From: Deltaproteobacteria bacterium
GTDB lineage: Bacteria > Desulfobacterota > Syntrophia > Syntrophales > JAFGHS01
Assembly: GCA_016930075.1 (NCBI GenBank)
Contig: JAFGHS010000042.1
Span: forward strand, 30,641-94,640
DNA length: 64,000 bases
Direction: 5' to 3'
How positions within the stretch are numbered: the first letter of the stretch is position 1; each line of letters opens with the position of its first letter. Below the pieces are notes generated by a model. That model worked only from the letters and a program-made list of their open reading frames with translations, was not told where the DNA came from and searched no databases. Of the stretch, positions 20,929 to 31,547 are shown piece by piece. The position numbers were made by a program, and so were the translations under genes.

Positions 20929-22632
20929 ATGTCGTGTTCGTTGGTATCGGCTGAGTTGGGTGCGTACCGTGCGCCCGTTGAAAACGCCCTTGCGCAAATG
21001 CGCAAAGACGGCGTCATTGCCCGCATCCTGAAGAAGGACCATACGCTATGGAAACCCTCTCCGGTGGAAATCGCGAACCGTCTGGGCTGGCTGGACAGCC
21101 CCCGGGCCATGGCGGATCACATGGCCGGGTTGCAGGCCTTTGCCGGTGATCTTCGCCGGGAAGGCTATGCGCACGCCCTCCTTCTCGGCATGGGGGGATC
21201 GAGTCTCGCCCCGGAAGTTTTCCGTAAAACCTTCGGCGTCGTTTCCGGCTGTCTCGATCTTGCCGTTTTGGACAGCACAGATCCCGGCGCCGTCTTGGCC
21301 GCCACGGAAACGCTCGATTTGACAAAAACACTTTTCATCGTTTCCACCAAATCAGGCGGCACGATAGAAACCCTTTCCCTGTTTAAATATTGCTATCAAC
21401 TCTGTCTGGAAAAGACAGGAACCGCTGAGGCGGGCCGGCATTTTATCGCCGTTACCGATCCGGGAAGCGGTCTGGCCGCCATGGCGGAGAAATACCATTT
21501 CCGCAAAGTGTTCCTTAACGATCCTGCCATCGGCGGACGTTATTCGGCCCTGACGTATTTCGGTCTTGCGCCGGCTGCGCTTATCGGCATGGATGCCGGG
21601 CGTCTGCTTGCAGAAGCCCGGAAGGCGGCGGCGACCGAAACGGCTCATGCTGAAGCGCCCGGCAAGGATGCCTTGAGCGGCCTTTTTCTGGGTGCTGTTT
21701 TGGGGGAACTGGCCAAGTCGGGACGGGATAAGGCGACCTTCATCTTTTCGCCGCAAATCGAGAGCTTCGGCGCCTGGCTGGAGCAGCTCATTGCCGAAAG
21801 TCTGGGGAAGGAAGGCCGGGGCATCCTGCCCGTTGTCGGCGAACCCGCGGGAGAAGCGCCCGTTTACGGCCACGACCGTGTGTTTGTCTTCATGAGCCTG
21901 AAGGGCGACCGACAGGATGATCATCGTTTTTCCGCTCTTGTTCGGCAGGGCCATCCGGCACTCCATGTCGTCCTCGATGATCCGTATGATCTGGGGGGGC
22001 AGTGCTTTACCTGGGAAATGGCCACCGCTGTGGCGGGCCACCTGATTTGTGTCAATCCTTTCGATCAGCCCGATGTGGAGGCAGCGAAGGTTCTGGCCCG
22101 GCAGATGATCGCGGACGCCGCCAAAAACGGCGTTTTGCCTGCGGAAACGCCCGTTGCTTCCGAAAAAGGCATCACGGTTTACGGAGCCGTCAGGGCCGGA
22201 ACGCCGGGGGAAGCCTTTGCGGTCTTCCTGAATCATGTGCCGCCGGGGGGCTATATCGCTCTTCAGGCGTTTATTCAACCGACAGCGGAAGCGGATGCCG
22301 CGCTCCAGGCCATGCGCCTGCGCCTGCGCGATCAATTCAGGACGGCCGTCACAACGGGCTACGGCCCCCGATACCTCCATTCCACAGGCCAGCTTCACAA
22401 GGGCGACGGCGGCAAGGGGCTGTTCATCCAATTCACCGCCGATGATGCACGCGATATGATCATTCCCGACGAGGCCGACAAGCCCGGCGGCGGCTTAACC
22501 TTCGGCGCCCTGAAAGCGGCCCAGGCGCTGGGCGATGGGAAGGCCCTTGTCCGTGCCGGACGCCGCGTGATGCGGTTTCATCTTGGGACGGACGCTGTCC
22601 GCGGTTTGCGGCTGCTGACGGAAAGCCTGTAA
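20929..22632 (+). CDS. pgi: Glucose-6-phosphate isomerase (type found in Tal/Pgi fusions)
   Basis: LGWL, GMGGSSL, STKSGGTIET, GGRYSAL, EQLIAESLGK, NPFDQPDVE, HSTGQLHKG. Confidence 0.88.
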   Translation: MSCSLVSAELGAYRAPVENALAQMRKDGVIARILKKDHTLWKPSPVEIANRLGWLDSPRAMADHMAGLQAFAGDLRREGYAHALLLGMGGSSLAPEVFRKTFGVVSGCLDLAVLDSTDPGAVLAATETLDLTKTLFIVSTKSGGTIETLSLFKYCYQLCLEKTGTAEAGRHFIAVTDPGSGLAAMAEKYHFRKVFLNDPAIGGRYSALTYFGLAPAALIGMDAGRLLAEARKAAATETAHAEAPGKDALSGLFLGAVLGELAKSGRDKATFIFSPQIESFGAWLEQLIAESLGKEGRGILPVVGEPAGEAPVYGHDRVFVFMSLKGDRQDDHRFSALVRQGHPALHVVLDDPYDLGGQCFTWEMATAVAGHLICVNPFDQPDVEAAKVLARQMIADAAKNGVLPAETPVASEKGITVYGAVRAGTPGEAFAVFLNHVPPGGYIALQAFIQPTAEADAALQAMRLRLRDQFRTAVTTGYGPRYLHSTGQLHKGDGGKGLFIQFTADDARDMIIPDEADKPGGGLTFGALKAAQALGDGKALVRAGRRVMRFHLGTDAVRGLRLLTESL

Positions 22633-22709
22633 TCTTAAAGGACAGAGACCCGGGGGCAGGGATTCAGAAACGAAAACGCCGGATAAGAAAAGAAAACGTC
22701 CCGCAATGC

Positions 22710-23723
22710 CTATTCCGTATCGCTTTCTCGTGTTCCGGAATTCAGCGCTTTGAAATGATCGGATTCCGGCCTGCCGTCGTCCGCGTGGGCCGGGTGATAA
22801 TGGATATAGACCTTCCTTAAAAGATCGATTTTTTCACACAGATATTTTTCAACGGCATCGGCGATTTCATTGCCCTCATCCACCGTCTGCCGGCCGTCCA
22901 CGCCGATGGTGATATTGGCGACGAAATAGGGACCGAACCTATGGGCGTGCACCGATTCGACGGTCTGGACGCCGGATATTCTTCCGACCAGCCCCCGGAT
23001 CTTACGGTCGATCTCTTTGCTCGGCACCGTGTCCATCAACTCGTTTGCCGACTCGCGCAGAATGTCGGCGCCTGTTTTGACGACAATAACGGCAACAACG
23101 GCTCCGGCGATGGGATCGAAGACCGCATGGCCCAAAATACCGCACAGAATGCCGATGCCGGCGCCGGCCGATGCAAAGATGTCATTGCGGTGGTCCCGCG
23201 CCAGGGCCATGACCGCAATGCTCTGAATGCGGGCGCCGATGGTCTTGGCCTGAAGCATGAGCATGATTTTTATGATCACCGTCCCGGCGGCGACGATAAG
23301 GGTGAAGGTGCTGATGGGGTCATTCTGCATCCTTCCCATACAGAGATCGAAGACCTTATTGATGGAATCCCAGAAAATCGCCAGCCCCGTCGTAATGACA
23401 AACGCGCCGACAACGAGGGCGGCAATGCTTTCAAACTGATGGTGTCCGTAAGGATGTTCGTCATCCGAGGGTTTCCCGGACAGCGTGACGAGGATGCGTA
23501 CGATGATGAAATACACGACATCGGAAAGGGAATTGATGCCGTCTGCAAGAAGGGCCTGGCTGTGTCCCAGAATGCCTGCGGAAAGTTTGGTCACGGCAAG
23601 AACGGCATTGGCGCCCAGACCGAGATTGACGACGAGGCCAGCTTTTTCCTGACGCAGCCGGTCTTCCTGCCATGCATCCGTCCGGAGGATGTTTTTTTCG
23701 ATTTCTGAATTGCTTGTGCTCAT
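22710..23723 (-). CDS. Cation diffusion facilitator family transporter
   Basis: SQALLADG.NS.SD, HPYGH, DHRND, multiple TM helices, C-terminal dimerisation domain. Confidence 0.9.
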   Translation of the reverse strand: MSTSNSEIEKNILRTDAWQEDRLRQEKAGLVVNLGLGANAVLAVTKLSAGILGHSQALLADGINSLSDVVYFIIVRILVTLSGKPSDDEHPYGHHQFESIAALVVGAFVITTGLAIFWDSINKVFDLCMGRMQNDPISTFTLIVAAGTVIIKIMLMLQAKTIGARIQSIAVMALARDHRNDIFASAGAGIGILCGILGHAVFDPIAGAVVAVIVVKTGADILRESANELMDTVPSKEIDRKIRGLVGRISGVQTVESVHAHRFGPYFVANITIGVDGRQTVDEGNEIADAVEKYLCEKIDLLRKVYIHYHPAHADDGRPESDHFKALNSGTRESDTE

Positions 23724-23868
23724 GTCTGCCGTCTTCTTCCCGCTGCCTGGATGGGTTTTTTTGAACCGATGTTCAATATAAATCAGATGCCGGCATTTTT
23801 ATCAAGAAGTTCAGTAAAAAATTTAAAACGGTCTGTGCAAGTTTTTTTCGACGGTCCCCATCACGATC

Positions 23869-23896
23869 TTGACAAGACCGCAGGGATGATTATATT
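23869..23896 (+). promoter_or_regulatory. Putative sigma70 promoter for groEL
   Basis: TTGACA-16 bp-TATATT. Confidence 0.5.
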
Positions 23897-23988
23897 ACAC
23901 ACTGTGTATTCGACAGTCCATCATCATGCCTGCAAATTAAACAGGATAGAGACATTCATTATCATATATCAAAATGTAAAGGAGGTAA

Positions 23989-25623
<1,635 letters not shown>

Positions 25624-25730
25624 CATCTTATCTGAAAAAAAACCGCGCCGCCTTGTTTGTCCGCTGAAAAAACGACCGGGGCGGCGAATCTTTTTCAGCA
25701 CAAAAAACAAGATCGAAGGGAAAATACAGT

Positions 25731-26075
25731 ATGAAACATATAGTGAGAATTCTTTTTGTATCGGGAATATGCGCCGTCGTCATATTGGCGGGGTTTACCG
25801 TGATGAGAGTTGCCGTTCCTTCTTACCACAGTGCTCCCTCGTTGCTTGGTCAATATGGAATCACCGCCCAGCAAAGGGAAGCAAGCGCCCATGCGCCATT
25901 GACGGAGGCTTGCTTCCTCCCCGCCGTCAAAGCGCAGATAGCTAAAGACAAATGCATAGCGAACTGCAATGCGGGATGTAATGGGTGGTGCAAGGGAGTG
26001 GAGGCCATATCAGGCTGCTATGTCGGGTGTGCCGTCATGAAAGATTATGCCACGGGCGCTTCTTCTTATGAATAA
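25731..26075 (+). CDS. Hypothetical small Cys-rich exported/membrane-anchored protein
   Basis: N-terminal hydrophobic segment; CxxxCxxxCxxxC-x8-CxxxC; fills the gap between groEL and the ABC operon. Confidence 0.6.
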   Translation: MKHIVRILFVSGICAVVILAGFTVMRVAVPSYHSAPSLLGQYGITAQQREASAHAPLTEACFLPAVKAQIAKDKCIANCNAGCNGWCKGVEAISGCYVGCAVMKDYATGASSYE

Positions 26076-26110
26076 CGGTCTTGGCGGCCGGATTCAGCGC
26101 CCCCGGTTGT

Positions 26111-27289
26111 TCAGGACCGCAGGGCCTTGATGGGGTCAAGACGCGATGCCGTGCGGGCCGGGTAGAAACCGCAGAAGATGCCGACGACGGTCGATACGCC
26201 GAAACCGAGAATGACGGACGAAAAAGACATGACAAACTGCCACTTGGAAAAATAGGCGAACAAATAGGATATGCCGATTCCCAGCACGATGCCGATAATC
26301 CCTCCCGCCAGGCACAGAATAATCGATTCGATGAGGAACTGACTCTGGATGTCGCCCTGCTGGGCGCCGAGGGCGCGGCGCAGGCCGATTTCGCTTTTCC
26401 GTTCCGTTACGGAGATGAGCATGACGTTCATCACGCCGATGCCGCCGACAATCAGGGCGATGCTGCCGATGGCCCCTAACAGCAGCGAAAACATCTGCAT
26501 CTGTTTTTTCATCCTCTCGATCAGTTCCTCCGCCGATGTGATTTCCACCTGAGCGCCCCTGGATTTTTTCTGAAAAAAGTCCTGAACATCGGCCTTGATC
26601 CGTTCTGCGGGAACATCGGCGCCCACACGGGCCATAATGGTGTTGATCTCCGCATTCTGAAATGTCCGGACGGCCGTGGACAGGGGAATCAGCATGCCCT
26701 TGTTGATGCCGTAAGGACGAAGCCCTCCCTCCGCCGACTGATCCAGAATGCCGACGACGGTAAAGGCGCGGTCGTTGGCCATAATCCGGCTGCCTAAAGG
26801 CGGCGATGTCCCGTTTTGCCTGAGAAAATCGGCTAATTCCTTACCGATGACGCAATAATAGCGATTCTGATCGAGTTCCGAAAGGAGCCGCCCTTCACGA
26901 ATCTGAAGCTTGTTGATCGAGAAAAAGGACGCCGTAACCCCCATCTGCTCCATATTCGTCTTTGCCCGCCCGCTATAATATTCGGTTCCGCTGTTGACAT
27001 AGGGTGCGACTTCCTGGATGTATCTGCTCTCCGCGGGGATCTTCATGACGACGTCCGTCCTGAATTCGTAACGCGTCTCGCCGCCGTAGCTTTTTCTGAT
27101 GCTGATGATGTCGACGCCCATATCTTTAAATTGCCGGATGGATTCCTGCTGGACAATGGAGCCGATGGACACCATGGCGATGACCGATCCGATGCCGATG
27201 ACAATGCCGATCAGGGCCAGCAGACTGCGCTGCCTGGAGCTCCAGAGGCTTCTGAACGCCTCATGAAAATTGATTTTCAGTAGATTCAT
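26111..27289 (-). CDS. MacB/FtsX-family ABC transporter permease
   Basis: LALIGIVIGIGSV, GGIGVMNVML.SVTER..EIGLRRALGA, PA..ASRLDPI.ALR; ATGA overlap with ATPase. Confidence 0.93.
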   Translation of the reverse strand: MNLLKINFHEAFRSLWSSRQRSLLALIGIVIGIGSVIAMVSIGSIVQQESIRQFKDMGVDIISIRKSYGGETRYEFRTDVVMKIPAESRYIQEVAPYVNSGTEYYSGRAKTNMEQMGVTASFFSINKLQIREGRLLSELDQNRYYCVIGKELADFLRQNGTSPPLGSRIMANDRAFTVVGILDQSAEGGLRPYGINKGMLIPLSTAVRTFQNAEINTIMARVGADVPAERIKADVQDFFQKKSRGAQVEITSAEELIERMKKQMQMFSLLLGAIGSIALIVGGIGVMNVMLISVTERKSEIGLRRALGAQQGDIQSQFLIESIILCLAGGIIGIVLGIGISYLFAYFSKWQFVMSFSSVILGFGVSTVVGIFCGFYPARTASRLDPIKALRS

Positions 27290-27966
27290 GCTGAATAAAT
27301 CATCCCGTCGATAATTTTTACGGCCCGGCCGCATTGCTCGGCAAGCTCCGGATTATGGGTGATGATTACGATGGTAATGCCTTCATCCCGATGGAGCCGC
27401 TGGAAAAGCTCCATAATCTCCTCGCCTGTTTTCTTATCCAGGGCGCCCGTCGGTTCATCGGCCAGAATAATCGCTGGCGACCCGATCAGGGCCCGGGCAA
27501 TGGCGACGCGCTGCTGCTGGCCGCCGGACATTTCATTGGGTCGATGGTTGGCGCGCGATTGTATATCGACCTTGGTCAGAAATTCCATGCCCATCTTTTT
27601 GATCTCACCCACACGGATGCCGCGATAGGTCAGCGGGACGCCGACATTTTCAAGGGCCGTCAGTTTCGGCAGCAGGTGATACTGCTGAAAAACAAACCCG
27701 ATCTTCCGGTTTCTCATCGTCGACAACACCCGGTCGTCGTCATAAACAACCCTGGCGCCGTCAATATGATAGGTTCCCGTATCGGGCTTTTCCAGAAGCC
27801 CCAGCATATGCATCAGGGTGGATTTTCCGCTGCCCGACGGTCCGATGACGGCGAGGAATTCGCCCCGCTCAACGGAGAGGTTGATTCCCTTGAGGACATT
27901 CACCTCCGTGGGGCCGACGCGATAGGACTTGCGGATGTCCGCAATATCGAGCATAAGGTCGTTCAT
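27286..27966 (-). CDS. ABC transporter ATP-binding protein (MacB/LolD-like)
   Basis: [32 protein letters not shown]. Confidence 0.95.
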   Translation of the reverse strand: MNDLMLDIADIRKSYRVGPTEVNVLKGINLSVERGEFLAVIGPSGSGKSTLMHMLGLLEKPDTGTYHIDGARVVYDDDRVLSTMRNRKIGFVFQQYHLLPKLTALENVGVPLTYRGIRVGEIKKMGMEFLTKVDIQSRANHRPNEMSGGQQQRVAIARALIGSPAIILADEPTGALDKKTGEEIMELFQRLHRDEGITIVIITHNPELAEQCGRAVKIIDGMIYSA

Positions 27967-29729
27967 CAGTAGGCAACCTCATCCCCGGCTTTGAGCCCGC
28001 CCGTGATTTCCACGGCATCGAGGGTGGTAATCCCCGTTTCCACCTTCACGGTTTTTGTGCTGCCGGTCTTTTTATCCCGGACGCGGACGACGCGGTCCGG
28101 CCCCTCCATGATGACGGCCTCGATGGGAAGCATCAGCGCGTCAGGCTTGTTGACCAGCATGATTTCCATATTCGCCGACATGCCGAGACGGAGTTTGTCT
28201 TTTATGGCATCCGGGAGGCTGTCCATAACGACGGACACCTCGAAAGTAGCGGTTTTTTTGCCTTCGCTGCCTTTAACGGCCTGGGACGAGATGTGGGCGA
28301 CCCGCCCCTCGAGCGTTTCGCCAAAAGCATCGACCGTTACCTTGACATCCTGGTCTTTCCTGATTTTCAGCACCTCCAGTTCATCCACGCCCGCCGTCAT
28401 GGAAAGGCCCTCCGTATTGCCGATGGAAAGCAGGATTTCGCCCTGGGAGAAGGTCACGCCGCGCTCGGCAATTTTGCCTTTCTGCTCCTTGTCGGAGGCC
28501 AGATCGGGAAGCAGAACGGTTCCCGAAACAGGGGCGACAATATCGGAATGGCTAAGCTGAAGTTCGAGATCCTGCAGCTTTTGCCGGGCGTTTAGCAGCT
28601 TGAGTTCGGCGATCACCCGGTTTTCACCTTCTCCCTGCTTTTTGACGACCTCCATATCCCTAAGCGATGCTTCGTAGTCCATTTTCGCGGTTGTGAACTG
28701 CTGTTTTGCGCTGGCATATTCCGTCGCCGGAACAATTTCCTTCTTGAACAGGCGCTCCGTTTCCTGAAGGGTTTTCTGATAGCCGTCGAGGCTTAATTTC
28801 GAACGCGTCACGCTCTGCCGGGCTTTGGCCATCTCGTTGCCGTTTTCCCAATTATCAAGCTCTTTCACTTTTTCCAGCGCCTCGATATAGGCCGTTTTTG
28901 CCTCCCGGTATTTCACCTCCGTTTCACTCCTGTCCAGTTTGAGCAGGAGTTGTCCTTTGGCGACGGCCTGTCCGTATTCAAACAATTTTTCCTTCACCAT
29001 GCCGCTTGCGGGGCTGGTGATGTTGACGACCCGGATCGGTTTCAGAACGCCTTTGAGGGCAATGCTGTCTGTGAGCGTCCGCGGCTGAACCGTATATACT
29101 CTTGCGGCTTCACTTCGCGGGCCTGCGGCTGTCGGCGTCTTGCCGGGTGAAAGGTGGGTTTGCTTCCAGGTGAAAAGGCCGACGGATAAAAACAGAATGA
29201 TGACAAAGACCGTGGCCGCTACGCGAATCATCTGGACCTTGCGCAAGGCCGCATTGAGGCTGTCGTTGGTTTCCTCCATCTCCAGGTAGGACTTCTGGAG
29301 TTCACGATGCTTTTCCTTCAACTCCGCCGTAAGCCGCTCTTCCGATTCCTGAAGCCGCTCGACCTCCGTCTTGTCCGTAAAAACGACGACGACGGCGACG
29401 TTTTTCTTTACGCCGTCTTCCTGGGTTGAAAGGAATGTGGTGGTCACCTCGAGGCTCAGAATCGTCTCCCCCCTTTGCCAGGGGACGATTTTATTATGAA
29501 TCGTATCGGCGTCGTAAATCGCGTTGAGGATGGTCTGGTTAAACGGATCGTTTTCTTCGCGAACCAGAAAGATTTCCCCAAAGGATTTTTGTACAACGTC
29601 CTGACTTTGCAGGCCGAGGATTTCTTCCGCTGCCGCGTTGAATGTCAGGATCTTGCCGTCGAGGCCGATGGCCATGACGCCGTCGCCCATGCTTTCGAGG
29701 ATGTTGCGGAATATAATGTCGGTTGTCAT
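27966..29729 (-). CDS. PAS domain-efflux periplasmic adaptor (MacA/HlyD) fusion
   Basis: N-terminal PAS (ILESMGDGV..IGLDGKI..FNAAAEEILG...VVVVFTD), coiled coil, one TM, then lipoyl/hairpin MFP motifs (ITSPASGMV, IVAPVSGTV, LRLGMSA, GLKAGDEV). Confidence 0.85.
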   Translation of the reverse strand: MTTDIIFRNILESMGDGVMAIGLDGKILTFNAAAEEILGLQSQDVVQKSFGEIFLVREENDPFNQTILNAIYDADTIHNKIVPWQRGETILSLEVTTTFLSTQEDGVKKNVAVVVVFTDKTEVERLQESEERLTAELKEKHRELQKSYLEMEETNDSLNAALRKVQMIRVAATVFVIILFLSVGLFTWKQTHLSPGKTPTAAGPRSEAARVYTVQPRTLTDSIALKGVLKPIRVVNITSPASGMVKEKLFEYGQAVAKGQLLLKLDRSETEVKYREAKTAYIEALEKVKELDNWENGNEMAKARQSVTRSKLSLDGYQKTLQETERLFKKEIVPATEYASAKQQFTTAKMDYEASLRDMEVVKKQGEGENRVIAELKLLNARQKLQDLELQLSHSDIVAPVSGTVLLPDLASDKEQKGKIAERGVTFSQGEILLSIGNTEGLSMTAGVDELEVLKIRKDQDVKVTVDAFGETLEGRVAHISSQAVKGSEGKKTATFEVSVVMDSLPDAIKDKLRLGMSANMEIMLVNKPDALMLPIEAVIMEGPDRVVRVRDKKTGSTKTVKVETGITTLDAVEITGGLKAGDEVAY

Positions 29730-29747
29730 TTCATGCTCTCAAAGTTT

Positions 29748-31316
29748 CTAAGGGACCGGTTTAGTTTTTAACGAGGTCGGCCTGATTTGATCGTCCTGTT
29801 TGCCGACATCGATCTTCCATGTCATCAAAGTCGTTCCCAATGTATCGTCAAGGTTGGTCAGAGAATTCAAATAGGCCGTTGCGGCCGACAATTCGTTGAG
29901 CTGGGCCGCCTGCAGATCCCGTTGGAAACTGACAAATTGAAAGTTTGTCGTTCGTCCGGCGCCCAGTTTTTCCTGCTCGATCTCCAGTTTCTTGTCGGCC
30001 AGTTCCCTTGCCAGCATGGCGCTTTTGAGGGACCGATAGCTGGAATCGACGTTGCGCACGGCGTTCTGCACGTTGATTTCAATGTCGAGCTTCAGTTTGT
30101 CCAATGCGAGATTGGCCTTTTCCAGATCATTTTTCGCTCCCAGATAAGACCGCATATCCGACGTCATATAAACCAGAGGAATATCAAGAGACAGCCCGGC
30201 GTACCAGTCTCTTTCCGACGGACTATCGAACGCCCGCCTGAATGCGGAATCGTAGGCGTCATAAGTTGCCGCGGCGGCGCTGTCCGTGGTTGACGCCAGC
30301 AGATTGAGGCTCCACAGCCGGTTCCGTTTGGATCGGGTCAACGCCAGTTTTTTCGCTTCCAGATTCTGAAGGGCCTGGAGGTAATCCGTCCGGTGCTGAA
30401 AGGCGAGCGAAAGGGCTTCATCCAGGGCGGGGGCTTCGACCGGTTGCCGGTTCTCATCCACCGCCTCGAAAGCGGTATTTTTATCGATGTACAGGACCTG
30501 GACAAGGGCCAGCCGGGCGTTATCCAGGTTGTTTTTGGCGTCGATCACGGATGTTTCCTGTGAGGCGATACCCGCCTGGGCCTGAACGATTTCCGTGCCG
30601 GCCAGGCGTCCGGCCTCGATCATGTCCTTGTTGTACTGGTAAAGCTCTTCTGCCCGCACCAGGCCCATTTCGGCAATGACCAGCTGCCGCTCTGCCGTTT
30701 TATAATTTCGGAACGCCCCGATGGTTGATTTTATCGTTTGCGCAATCGTGTCCTTCAGGTACAGAATATTTATCTCTTCCGAAATCCTGGCAATTCTGAC
30801 GTTGTAGGCGGCGTTCGCCATGCCGCTGCCTTTAAGGAGCGGCTGCATGAAGGAAGCGGTCCAATCGGACGAGTAATCGAAATTCCGGCCTGTGTCCGGC
30901 CGGCCGCCCCTGTTGTTCCAGGCAAAGGTCAATGTGCCCCCCGTGGGTATGGCGAGCGTCGCCGTAAAATTACCGGTCACGTTCAGATTTTCCGTGCGGC
31001 TCGCACCGGAGGAACCCGCTGCCGCCGTATAGTGGGACCCGCTGCCGACGCCGAGGGTCAGGGCGGGGTCGCTGGGCAGATAGTTTTGCCTTTCCGCCAT
31101 CTTCAGGTCGATCCGCTGGAGATGACGGTCAAGGTAAGCGCTGCGGAGATTCACGTTGTTGGTCAGGGCGACAAATACGGCATCGGCTATGGTCAACTTC
31201 CTGATCCGGGTATCGCCGTTTTTCGGCGGTTCTTTGCAGTCTCCCGGCATGGCAAAGAAAAGCAAGGCGGCGACAAACAGCATGCAGGCGACAAAAGATT
31301 TACAAGGTTGTTTCAT
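29748..31316 (-). CDS. TolC family outer membrane efflux protein
   Basis: Signal peptide, QPLLKG, two OEP repeats, helical coiled segments; first gene of the exporter operon. Confidence 0.88.
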   Translation of the reverse strand: MKQPCKSFVACMLFVAALLFFAMPGDCKEPPKNGDTRIRKLTIADAVFVALTNNVNLRSAYLDRHLQRIDLKMAERQNYLPSDPALTLGVGSGSHYTAAAGSSGASRTENLNVTGNFTATLAIPTGGTLTFAWNNRGGRPDTGRNFDYSSDWTASFMQPLLKGSGMANAAYNVRIARISEEINILYLKDTIAQTIKSTIGAFRNYKTAERQLVIAEMGLVRAEELYQYNKDMIEAGRLAGTEIVQAQAGIASQETSVIDAKNNLDNARLALVQVLYIDKNTAFEAVDENRQPVEAPALDEALSLAFQHRTDYLQALQNLEAKKLALTRSKRNRLWSLNLLASTTDSAAAATYDAYDSAFRRAFDSPSERDWYAGLSLDIPLVYMTSDMRSYLGAKNDLEKANLALDKLKLDIEINVQNAVRNVDSSYRSLKSAMLARELADKKLEIEQEKLGAGRTTNFQFVSFQRDLQAAQLNELSAATAYLNSLTNLDDTLGTTLMTWKIDVGKQDDQIRPTSLKTKPVP

Positions 31317-31547
31317 GATCGGTTTCTTTGATGTCCGTTTCCCTTTTGCGAAAAAGTATAGGTCAAGAAAAAAACAAGGTCAAGAAGAAACACATTCGGC
31401 CATAAGCTATATTGCAGGGCATCTGTCTTTTTATGACACATCGTCAGGAAGATCATCCGGCCATGAAATTGAGCCTGACAGCCGTTTGTCCGAATCGCCG
31501 TTGGAAGGGAGGGGATGGCCTGAGCGTCATGCGGCCGGGAGTGCAAT

